64,000 bases of DNA from an uncultured Acidobacteriota bacterium. Lineage in GTDB: Bacteria; Acidobacteriota; Terriglobia; UBA7540. The DNA is taken from positions 734,443-798,442 of the forward strand of contig CAWDSK010000002.1 of the NCBI GenBank assembly GCA_963804995.1. Direction: 5' to 3'. The translations under genes and the position numbers were made by a program. The notes below the pieces were generated by a model. It did not search any database and was not told the origin of the DNA. It worked only from the letters and a program-made list of their open reading frames with translations. Below are positions 51,337 through 60,352 of the stretch, one piece after another; position 1 is the first letter of the stretch; each line of letters begins with the position of its first letter.

Positions 51337-53049
51337 ATGCTTAGAAAATCCACGCTTCTGGTCATGGGGATAGCGATGACTTTGGCTTCTTCCGGTCCTA
51401 CTGGGGCTCAACAATCCAGCGAGCCTCCCGATCGCACGCAGGCGCGCTCGATGGTCATTACCCGGCAGGGCATTGTTGCCACCAGTGAGGTGCTGGCTTC
51501 GCAGGCCGGCGCACAAATCCTGGCACGCGGAGGCTCAGCCGCCGATGCCGCCATTGCCGCCAATGCCGTTCTGGGCGTGGTCGAGCCCATGATGGATGGC
51601 ATGGGTGGCGACCTCTTCACCATCGAGTTTGACGCCAAGACGAAAAAACTTTCGGGGCTCAACTCCAGCGGCTGGGCGCCCGAGAAACTCACACCGGAAT
51701 TCCTGAAGCAAAAGGGCATCACGCACATGCCGAGTGCGGGGATCTATTCGGTCACCGTGCCGGGCTGCGTGCGCGGCTGGGAAGCGCTTCACCAGCGATT
51801 TGGACGCCTGCCGTGGTCAGATCTTTTCCAGCCCGCCATTTACTACGCGCAGAATGGCTTTCCCGTCGCGGAAATTATCGCTGCCGAGTGGAAAGCGTAC
51901 GAGAACGCTATAGCTGCAGATCTTAACGCCCAGAAAGTCTTTCTGCCCAATGGCGCGGCTCCGGAGACCGGCGTGATCTTTCGCAATCCCGGATACGCGC
52001 GCGCCCTGGAGCTCGTGGCCAAGGAAGGTCCAGAGGCGTTTTATCGCGGCGCCATCGCCGCGGCGTTTTTGAAAACGTCGGACCGCCTGGGTGGAGTGAT
52101 GACCCCGGCGGATCTGGCTGACTTCCGGCCCGAGTGGGTGGAGCCCATCTCCACCACTTACCGCGGTTGGAAGGTTTACGAACTGCCCCCCAACGGCCAG
52201 GGCATGGCCGCGCTCGAAATGCTGAACATCATGGAGCGCTTTCCGCTGGCGCAGTACGGCCCTGCGAGCGCCGAGGCTCTCCACATCAAAATGGAAGCTC
52301 AACTGCTCGCTTACGCGGATTTGCGGCGTTACCTGGCTGACCCGAAGTTTGCCGAAGTTCCATGGCGCGGGATCATCTCCAAAGAATATGCCGCAGAGCG
52401 CGCCCATACGATCGACATGAATAAAGCTCATTGCGACGTCGAGCCCGGTGAGCCTGGCCGATTTGGCAGCGATACGGTTTATCTCAACGCGGTCGATAAA
52501 GAGGGCAACATCGTCTCCCTGATTCAGAGCCTGTCGGGCGCGTTTGGGTCCGGCGTAGTGATAGATGGTTTCGGTCTGCTGCTGCAGAATCGCGGCGGAG
52601 GATTCCAACTTGACCCCGCTTCGCCGGATGTGCTGGCTCCGCACAAGCGCCCCTTCCACACCATCATTCCGGGCTTCCTTGAGAAAGGTGATCTGCACAT
52701 CGGCTTTGGCATCATGGGCGGATTGAACCAACCGCAAGCGCATGCGCAGTTCGTCTCGAACGTCGTGGATTACGGAATGAACATTCAGGCGGCGCTGGAA
52801 GCACCACGCTTCACCAAGCTCAACTTTGGCGGCTGCACCTTTATGATTGAGGACCGCGTGCCGGAAGCAGTTCGCAAGGCGCTGATCGACAAAGGCCACA
52901 TCCTCGATTTGCATGGAGCGTTTTCAAATCGCATGGGCGGTGGGCAAGTGGTGATGCACGATTCCGCCACCGGCGTGAATTACGGCGCCTCTTCTCCGCG
53001 CAAAGATGGCGCCGCTATTCCCGAACCCGATCCTTATTTTCACAAGTAA
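51337..53049 (+). CDS. ggt: Gamma-glutamyltransferase
   Basis: GGSAADAAIA, GMGGDLF, VTVPG, ELPPNGQG, SDTVYL (Thr nucleophile), PHKRPFHTIIP, GIMGG. Confidence 0.95.
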   Translation: MLRKSTLLVMGIAMTLASSGPTGAQQSSEPPDRTQARSMVITRQGIVATSEVLASQAGAQILARGGSAADAAIAANAVLGVVEPMMDGMGGDLFTIEFDAKTKKLSGLNSSGWAPEKLTPEFLKQKGITHMPSAGIYSVTVPGCVRGWEALHQRFGRLPWSDLFQPAIYYAQNGFPVAEIIAAEWKAYENAIAADLNAQKVFLPNGAAPETGVIFRNPGYARALELVAKEGPEAFYRGAIAAAFLKTSDRLGGVMTPADLADFRPEWVEPISTTYRGWKVYELPPNGQGMAALEMLNIMERFPLAQYGPASAEALHIKMEAQLLAYADLRRYLADPKFAEVPWRGIISKEYAAERAHTIDMNKAHCDVEPGEPGRFGSDTVYLNAVDKEGNIVSLIQSLSGAFGSGVVIDGFGLLLQNRGGGFQLDPASPDVLAPHKRPFHTIIPGFLEKGDLHIGFGIMGGLNQPQAHAQFVSNVVDYGMNIQAALEAPRFTKLNFGGCTFMIEDRVPEAVRKALIDKGHILDLHGAFSNRMGGGQVVMHDSATGVNYGASSPRKDGAAIPEPDPYFHK

Positions 53050-53411
53050 GTTTGCGGACGTGGGACTCGAAAAGCGCAATTGAAAAGTGGGAGGATAAAA
53101 AGGGAGGGCTTTGGGGAAGTAAGTGGGACCTCGCTCGCTATGCCCCGCTAAGAGCTACAACTGGGACATGTCCCACCACGACAAAAAGTCGCCGGCCGGC
53201 GAAATCGTGTCGGAGGAAAAGCGGTGCCGAGCCTGACCTCCACGCCCCTCGTTCACCCTGACCTTCTCGCCCCACGTCAATCCCACCGATAACCGATACG
53301 GGAGAGTGTCACGGGCGGGGCGGGGAACGAGGGATTCGGAATTTGGGACTCGGAATTTGGGATTGGGAATTCGGGATCTACGATTCGGAGTGGGGGATAA
53401 GAGCTTTTAGT

Positions 53412-53509
53412 TTGTAGCGCGGGTGTCCCCACCCGTGGTTTATGTGCTTCGTTACCCCGAAGACGCGGGTGAACGCGGGTGAACGCGGGTGGGGACACCC
53501 GCGCTACAA
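53412..53509. repeat. GTAG-type REP doublet
   Basis: TTGTAGCGCGGGTGTCCCCACCCG ... CGGGTGGGGACACCCGCGCTACAA. Confidence 0.8.
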
Positions 53510-53865
53510 CCAATCTGAAAGCTGAGAGCTGTCAGATGTCGGCTGTGAGCTGTCAGCGCCGAAGAGTGCGTCACGGCCAGGGCGAAGTCGGTCAGGCTGT
53601 GTGTCACTGGGCGATCCTTTGAGTGTTGAGCCTTCGGCCCAATTTCCTCATCCTGGGTCGCCAATCTGCCGATAACCGAAGCGGGGGAGTGTGTCACGGT
53701 GGGGGAGGCGTCGGTGGGGAGACTGGGCTATCGGTTCATTAGCACAAAGCGAAAATTCATAGCCCTCTCCGAGCGGAGTCCGATGGTTGGAACCCCGATG
53801 GGGTCTATTGGAACCGAGCAATCGGGGAGGGTGGTGTGACACGGCAGAGCCCAAGCCAAACCTGA

Positions 53866-54296
53866 AAGGGCGCCGCCGAAAAGTGGAGCGAAGAAGGCAA
53901 GCAAGCGGTGAAGATGACGCGGCTGAGCTGCCATCGTTTCCGGTCCAACGAGGCGCGGCTTTGGCTGAGCATGATCACTTACAACCCGGGCAACCTCTGG
54001 CGGTGGCTGGTGCTGCCGAAGAGGATCGCCAACTGGCCGCCGACCCGTCTGCAGCGTGGTAGCGCAGACCTCCGGCTTTGAGGTCTGCGGTTCTTCCTTA
54101 CGTTCACGCCACCGAATCCGAGGGCAGCGGAGGTCTGAGTTTTTTCCCAGGAAGGGCCGCGGACCTCAAAATCGGAGGTCCGCGCTACGCTCCTTCTCGC
54201 TATTATTGGCTGCCCTCGGCAGAGGATCATCTGACGAGGCGGCTCTTCCGAAGCATGCTGTGCAGGATCCCAGGACGACCATTACCAGAGGGGTAG
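53866..54296 (+). pseudogene. IS1380-family transposase C-terminal relic interrupted by a REP doublet
   Basis: AEKWSEEGKQAVKMTRLSCHRFRSNEARLWLS..YNPGNLWR.LVLP, then RYYWL..AEDHLTRRLF after the insertion. Confidence 0.75.
54059..54188. repeat. REPIN-like element A, copy 1 (copy 2 at 57820-57958)
   Basis: GTAGCGCAGACCTCCG..GAGGTCTGCGG ... CCGCGGACCTC..CGGAGGTCCGCGCTAC. Confidence 0.8.
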
Positions 54297-54429
54297 GCGA
54301 GCTGCAGACCGGAGCAGATTTCGGCGACGAGGGAAGTAGGGGAAGGTATAGTGTCGGGGCAAGCGGAGGGAAAAGCGGCAGTCTCTCGCTTTGGAATTAA
54401 GGAACACCGGCACCTTCCGTGATAAGCAT

Positions 54430-54624
54430 GTAGCGCAGAGTCTGTGCCTTTCAGACTCTGCGGTTCTTAATATGATAAACATGCACTGTATTATTAACAC
54501 GCGGATTAACCACCAAACGGGGTGATCCAGTTTCCGTGGGGGACACAAGTGGTGATCGGGAGTCGTGCGCAACAAACGAAAAGCCGCAGAGTCTCGGAAA
54601 GTGCGAGACTCTGCAATGCAATAC
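54430..54624. repeat. REPIN-like element B, copy 1 (copy 2 at 57565-57757, partial copy at 57962-58073)
   Basis: GTAGCGCAGAGTCTG..CAGACTCTGCGGTTCTTAATATGATAAACAT ... GCCGCAGAGTCTC..GAGACTCTG. Confidence 0.8.
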
Positions 54625-54863
54625 CGTAAATTCTTTTTTTTTGACAAGTAAATGTTGCTCCGAACTGACCCCTCACCCGCCTGCGGGCCGAAGCCCAAGC
54701 CGAAGTCGTTCGCGGCTTCCAAGTGGCCCTTCGGTGGGCGCAGGCCCGTCCCGCGCCAGCTCGTGAAAACACTGGCCGCGGTCCACCCTCTCCCCTGCGG
54801 AGAGGGCTATGATTCTCTTTTGGTTGCGGCCCCGCCGCGCTGCGCTACCTACTGGAGGAAACC

Positions 54864-57518
54864 TTGAATCGTCGCGATTTCGTATCGACCCTTCTGGCCT
54901 CGACGGTGCGTTACGGCTATGGGCAGGGTGAAGCCGAGGTTCCCATCGTCGTATCTCCGAGTGCTGCACCGTTGACGAAATTTGCAGCCTCCGAGTTGTC
55001 GAAGTATCTCCCCCTGCTTTACCCCGGCAGCGTCTTCCGCGTCCGCGAGTCTCCTCCCCAGGCGGGCCTCTACATTCGTCTGGGCACACTTGAGGACAGT
55101 CCGCAATTAGGCAAGTACCTCGCACCTGGTGAGCAGCGGCGTCCGGACAGTTTCAGGGTGACCACCGCCCGGGAGGGCCAAAGCGCGGTGGGTGTTATGG
55201 TGGGCGCCGACGCGCGCGCCACGTTATTCGCCGTCTATGCCTTACTCGAAAAGCTCGGTTTCGGCTTCTATCTTTCCTACGATGCTTATCCCGATCCTCA
55301 TAGCGGTCCGTTCGGTCTTGAGGCGTGGCAGTTCGCGGATGCTCCTCTATCCCCGGAGCGCATGGTTTTCAATTGGCATAATTTCCTGAGCGGGTGCTCA
55401 GGCTGGAGCCTTCCCGATTGGCAAAGCTGGATTAGCCAGGCCGCCAAGATGCGATACAGCTCCATCATGGTGCATGCTTATGGCAATAATCCCATGTACT
55501 CATTCACGCACAATGGCCAGCGGAAGCCGACAGGTTTCTGGCCGACCAGCGCGCGAGGCCGCGACTGGGGCACCGTGCATGTTAATGATGTGAGAAGGAT
55601 TTTCGGTGGAGAGAAGGTTTTCCCAAGTCCCGTCTTCGGGTCGAGTGCGGCGCTCGTGCCGGCTGAGAAAACTGTGGAAGCCGCAACCGCTCTGATGCAG
55701 CAAGTATTCGCCTTTGCCCGGAGTCGCGGCCTGGGTGTCAACTTCGCTGTGGATCTGGACACTTTTTCGAGCAATCCGCAGAACATCATCGCCACGCTGC
55801 CTGAGAGCGCCACCTTCCGCAAGGGTGAATACCGCCTGCCGAATCCCGATACGCCGGAGGGGTTCGCTTATTACCGCAGCCAAGTGCAGCAACTGCTGAA
55901 CACCTACCCTGAAATCGACAGGATTGTCGTGTGGTTTCGGGAGGAGACTGACCCCTGGAGTCCCTGGCGTGTCCTGCAAGTCCAGGACTTTCCGGCGCCA
56001 TGGCAGAGTGAGTTTCGCGAGGCTCTGGAAAAGCTCCCGGCCCGGGCGGATGATCCGGGTCTTTTTGCCATCAGCAAGATCGTGAAGGCCTTGCGCCAGT
56101 CTCTGGACGATCTGGGCAAGGGGCATGTGCAATTGGCCACGGGGTGTTGGAGCTATCACTACCTCTTCGCGGCGGACGCTTTCATGCCTGCCGGCGTGTC
56201 GATGATCTGCATTGACCAGTACAACCTCTTGTTCGAGGACCAGGACGTGCAACGGGAGATACAGGCCGTGAGTGCCCGCCGCAAGGTCATTCCCATCCCC
56301 TACGCGCAGGACGATGACGGCCATTACGCGGGCCGGCCCTTCACCCCTGGCCCGCGTCTGGCCTGGACGCTGCAGGACTGTCGTTGTGCCGGAAACGGCA
56401 TCATTCACTGGACCACGCGGCCGTTGGATATCTACTTCAAGAGCTTCTCTGCACAGGTCTGGAGCGCGACCGAAGATCAAGCTCTCTCCGAGACTTGCGA
56501 CCAGATGGCCGAGCGTACCTTCGGCAGGACAGTCCGCGAGGAGGGCGGACGCTATTTGCTGCATTGGATTAGGGAAGCACCCATGTTCGGGTGCGAAAGC
56601 ACGGATAAGTTCATCGAACATCCCCTGGGCGATGCGCAGGCTGCGATTTTCGACTGCCAACAGCGGCTGCAAACCCTCGACAAAATCTCCCGCCTGCCTC
56701 TCTCCGCCAAGAGGGCAGAACGGGTTGCCTATTATCGGGACTGGGAGAACTTCGTCCTGGGGTTCTATCGCAGCCATTCTGCCTGGGAGCGATCGGTAGC
56801 GTTGGGCAAGGAGGGTAAAGTTGCCAGGGCGCGGGAGGCGCTGGCGGACTGCAAACCGGAAGCGGTGCTCGAGCAGTATGCCCGCATGGCCTCTAAGGGG
56901 GGCATGACGTCGGGTGAAAAGGGTTTGCTCGTCTCGATGAACCTTCATTGGTTGCCTTATATCGTTTCGCAACGCCAGGCTCTGGGTTTGGAAAGTGTGC
57001 GCGTGAAGTTCATGCCCACCCGGCATGAGCCTTTGGCCCAGTCTCCCGGCCGCTACACGTTCTTCATCGACCGGGATCACCACCTGTGGATCGGGTGGGG
57101 TGAGAAGGAAACTGGGGTAGCCGCCTTCGAGCGGTCCGAGCCGCCGGAGGAGGTCAGCGATGCGGGTCTTGAAAGCGACAGGCCGTTCTCCCTGACCCTG
57201 CGCTGCATGATGGGCGAACCGCTGTTGCCGAGCTCCTACAACGCCCAGCTACTCTTCGCCCGTCCCTCCGTGGCGGAGCGAGAAAGTGCGCTGGATTTGG
57301 AACTCCATGGTTCGAACGACGCCGACGCCATCAAGGACCATGTCGATCTTGCTCAGAAGCTGGCTGGCGGGTTGCCTTTGGTATCGCTGAGCTACCCGGT
57401 GAAGGTCCAACACGGTGACCTGCGCATCGATATCAAACCGGAAAAGGGAAGGGTCTTCTTGTGTGGTGTGGTGCTCGAGCCCGTCCTGACATCTTCGCCA
57501 GGCCAGGCCCTCTCCTGA
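54864..57518 (+). CDS. Large Tat-exported hypothetical protein, possibly glycoside hydrolase-like
   Basis: NRRDFV signal; FAASELSKYL and LFAVYALLEKLG resemble N-domains of GH20/GH67-type enzymes; GGAGG RBS. Confidence 0.75.
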   Translation: MNRRDFVSTLLASTVRYGYGQGEAEVPIVVSPSAAPLTKFAASELSKYLPLLYPGSVFRVRESPPQAGLYIRLGTLEDSPQLGKYLAPGEQRRPDSFRVTTAREGQSAVGVMVGADARATLFAVYALLEKLGFGFYLSYDAYPDPHSGPFGLEAWQFADAPLSPERMVFNWHNFLSGCSGWSLPDWQSWISQAAKMRYSSIMVHAYGNNPMYSFTHNGQRKPTGFWPTSARGRDWGTVHVNDVRRIFGGEKVFPSPVFGSSAALVPAEKTVEAATALMQQVFAFARSRGLGVNFAVDLDTFSSNPQNIIATLPESATFRKGEYRLPNPDTPEGFAYYRSQVQQLLNTYPEIDRIVVWFREETDPWSPWRVLQVQDFPAPWQSEFREALEKLPARADDPGLFAISKIVKALRQSLDDLGKGHVQLATGCWSYHYLFAADAFMPAGVSMICIDQYNLLFEDQDVQREIQAVSARRKVIPIPYAQDDDGHYAGRPFTPGPRLAWTLQDCRCAGNGIIHWTTRPLDIYFKSFSAQVWSATEDQALSETCDQMAERTFGRTVREEGGRYLLHWIREAPMFGCESTDKFIEHPLGDAQAAIFDCQQRLQTLDKISRLPLSAKRAERVAYYRDWENFVLGFYRSHSAWERSVALGKEGKVARAREALADCKPEAVLEQYARMASKGGMTSGEKGLLVSMNLHWLPYIVSQRQALGLESVRVKFMPTRHEPLAQSPGRYTFFIDRDHHLWIGWGEKETGVAAFERSEPPEEVSDAGLESDRPFSLTLRCMMGEPLLPSSYNAQLLFARPSVAERESALDLELHGSNDADAIKDHVDLAQKLAGGLPLVSLSYPVKVQHGDLRIDIKPEKGRVFLCGVVLEPVLTSSPGQALS

Positions 57519-57564
57519 ATGTCAAACCTGCGGATTTATGCCGGGGTGACGGACGCTGCAGGAG

Positions 57565-58073
57565 GTAGCGCAGAGTCTGGCCCTTTCAGACTCTGCGGTT
57601 CTTAATATGATAAACATCCACTGCATTATTAACACTCGACTTAACTACCTGACCTGGTGATCCAGTTTCCCTGGGGGACACAAGCGGTGAACGGAAGCCG
57701 CGCCCAACAAACGAAGAGCCGCAGAGTCTCAAAAAGCACGAGACTCTGATGCGCTACCTGCTACGGCTACGACACCGAGAACAATCTGGCGCACATTACC
57801 GACGCGGCCGAATGGTGTGGTAGCGCAGACCTCCGGTTTTGAGGTCTGCGGTTCTTCCTTGAGTTCACGCTACCGAATCCGAGGGCAGCCCCCATCATGG
57901 CCATCTGTGATTTTTCGCAGGAAGGGCCGCGGACCTCAAAATCGGAGGTCCGCGCTACGTTCCTTTCAGACTCTGCGGTTCTCAATATGATAAACATGCA
58001 CTGTATTACTACTACCTCGTGTGTTTATCAAATCATGAGCCGCAGAGTGTGAAAGGACCACACTCTGCGCTAC
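57565..58073. repeat. Cluster of REPIN-like elements B-A-B'
   Basis: Diverged copies of the 54059 and 54430 elements. Confidence 0.8.
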
Positions 58074-58174
58074 CCATACTGCCCCCGCTTACATCTGCCT
58101 AAGCGAATTCATCCTCACGCGACGGTGGTTTTCGGCCATGCCGCGCAGCGCACCACGATTTGAAACGCACGGCA

Positions 58175-59482
58175 CTAGAAATCATTCAGCAGACCCTGGG
58201 GGTCGGGCCGTTTGGAGGCGCGAACCAGCAGCACAAACACGGCGGTCGCCACACACGGGATGATCGACGCGGCGATGATCACGGGCTGGAACGAGAAGGT
58301 GTCGGTGACGCGGCCGATCAAGTAGGTGGAAATCAGGGTTCCAATGCCCGCGCCGGTCCCTCCCAATCCGCTCACCGACGCCACCGCGCGGCTTTGAAAG
58401 GCGTCAGCCGGCAAGGAAAGGAACATGGTCGAGCACGCCGAATACGCGAAGGAGGCAAAGCCGAAGAGGCCGACCAGCAACATGTAATTCGACGTGAGCA
58501 CGGCGGTCATGAGCACGAGCATGCTGGGCCCAAAAATCATCAGCACGGTGCGCCGGGAGCGTCCCACGGGCCAGCCGCGGGAAATCCAGTAGCTGGAAAG
58601 CGCGCCGCCAAAAAAGTTGCCGATGTCGGCAGCCAGGAAAGGGATCCAGAATCCCAGGATACTCTGTTCGAGCTTGAATCCCTTGCTCACCAGAAAAATG
58701 GCAAACCATTCGGTCATGAGATACCAGTAGGGGTCGAGCAGGAAACGTCCGAGGACGATCCCCCACGTTTGGCGATAGCGCAGCAGGCGAAGCCAGCCTA
58801 CGGAAGTCGTGGAACCTTTGGGAGGCTCTTGAGATCCGCGACCTTGCTTTATATAGGCAAGCTCTTCCGGCGAAATCCGTGGATGAGTCTCGGGCGTGTA
58901 GTAAATCATTCGCCAGAGGACAACCCAGAGGAATCCCAAGGAGCCCGTGACCAGGAAGACGGGGCGCCAACTATGGAAGGTATGGTAACCCCAAAGCACG
59001 ATGAACGGCGCCACGGCGCCACCAATCGAGCCGCCACTATCAAAGAGCGCCACCGCCCAGCCGCGCTCTTTACTGGGGAACCATTCGGAGACGGCTTTCG
59101 TGGCGCCCGGCCAGTTGGGACCTTCGCCCGCGCCCAGCAGGAATCGAAACACGCTGAAGCTCAAGACCCCCTGGCACAAGGAGGTCAGCGTCGCCACCGC
59201 GGAATAGAACGTCACGGTAATCGAAAGTCCCTTGCGCGTTCCCAGCCAATCCAGAATCCGCCCTCCCACCGACTGCATAATCGTGTAGGCAATGCGAAAG
59301 GCGATCAGAATGAAGGCCAGGTCCGTGTTGGTCCACTTATACTCGGCCTTCAGGATGGGCGCCAAAGCGTTCAGTGATTGCCGATCGATGAAGTTGACGA
59401 TGGTCGAGGCAAAGAGAATCCCCCCAATCCACCAGCGAAGGTGACGGATCGGAGATTTGCGCGGCGTGTTGGTTTCGTCCAA
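58175..59482 (-). CDS. MFS transporter, ACS/ExuT-like sugar-acid family
   Basis: VNFIDRQ, FRFLLGAGEG..WP, EWFPSKERG, RFLLDPYWY; about 12 TM. Confidence 0.9.
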   Translation of the reverse strand: MDETNTPRKSPIRHLRWWIGGILFASTIVNFIDRQSLNALAPILKAEYKWTNTDLAFILIAFRIAYTIMQSVGGRILDWLGTRKGLSITVTFYSAVATLTSLCQGVLSFSVFRFLLGAGEGPNWPGATKAVSEWFPSKERGWAVALFDSGGSIGGAVAPFIVLWGYHTFHSWRPVFLVTGSLGFLWVVLWRMIYYTPETHPRISPEELAYIKQGRGSQEPPKGSTTSVGWLRLLRYRQTWGIVLGRFLLDPYWYLMTEWFAIFLVSKGFKLEQSILGFWIPFLAADIGNFFGGALSSYWISRGWPVGRSRRTVLMIFGPSMLVLMTAVLTSNYMLLVGLFGFASFAYSACSTMFLSLPADAFQSRAVASVSGLGGTGAGIGTLISTYLIGRVTDTFSFQPVIIAASIIPCVATAVFVLLVRASKRPDPQGLLNDF

Positions 59483-59766
59483 GGCTCACCTGCTTTGGTC
59501 CCAAAGGAAATGTCCTGTGGGGGGAGTGGTGCTTTGATTTTTTGTAGCAGCGGGCACGCTATGGCGTGCCCAACTTGTCAGCACCACCCCGGCGGTCGTA
59601 GACCGCCGCTACAGTTTATGGCGCCCTGCATGGCTGATGGAACCCCCCCAGTTTTCAATCCCAGGAGCCGCCGAGAGGCAAGGCGAGATCATATTTCCCC
59701 TTGGGGAATTTCTCAATAGAGAATGATGGGGTAGCGTCCTGAGTCAGAAGTTCGCTGATTAATAGA

Positions 59767-59896
59767 CCCCCTCCCCCCGGCCCCTCTCCCCCAAAGGGGC
59801 GAGGGGAGAGTTGAACTTACTCCCTCGCCCCCTTGGGGGAGAGGGTGGACCGCTGCCGGCGTTTTCACCAGCCGGGGCGGGCCGGGTGAGGGGGTC
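59767..59896. repeat. CCCTCTCC/GGAGAGGG palindromic repeat family (related copies ~36458-36530, ~54669-54808, ~35190-35235)
   Basis: Shared GGAGAGGGTGGACCGC.GCCGGCGTTTTCA.CAGCCGGGGCGGG.CGGGTGAGGGG. Confidence 0.75.
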
Positions 59897-60352
59897 TTAG
59901 CGTTGAGCCGGAACCAAGAGAGCTTAAGTAAAAACTATTCGGGGTTCCCACGCACTCGACGCGATTTTTCGGGCCTTGGCTTCATTGGGAAGGCAGGTTG
60001 ACAAGAGGCTCCAACCCCGCATTATCAGGCACAAAGACCGCAATTCCATGATGGGTAGCTGCCCTCAGTGATTAAAAAGTCACAAAACGAAAAATCGCTT
60101 GACTGCGTATCCGTTTGGCGCAATATTTGCACCACGGGTCGATGTTTTTTTGCGTGGATGGGTGGTTGGCATCGTCAAGTTCTCGGGTATGGGCCGAGTG
60201 TTACTTGACAGGGGATTCGGAGTCCCTGCCTTCGACCACATCACCAGGTAGCTTGGTGATGCACTTACTGCCCCTTCCACCTGTTTATCGCGTCGGCAAT
60301 TCCAGTCTGTTGGGTCCTTGGGCTAAGGAAACTTTTTCAGAGGAGGAATCCT

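Noticed and set aside
53277..53860. Short ORFs and recurring GTGTCAC / CCGATAACCGA motifs
   Set aside because: ORFs are repeat-derived low complexity; the motif copies are too few and degenerate to assign
53999..58073. Integron attC cassette array
   Set aside because: Repeats have GTAG/CTAC REP ends rather than RYYYAAC...GTTRRRY cores, and no integrase is present
59950..60350. Riboswitch upstream of the TonB receptor
   Set aside because: Some hairpins, but no cobalamin, TPP or other aptamer consensus recognisable by eye; an Rfam scan would settle it
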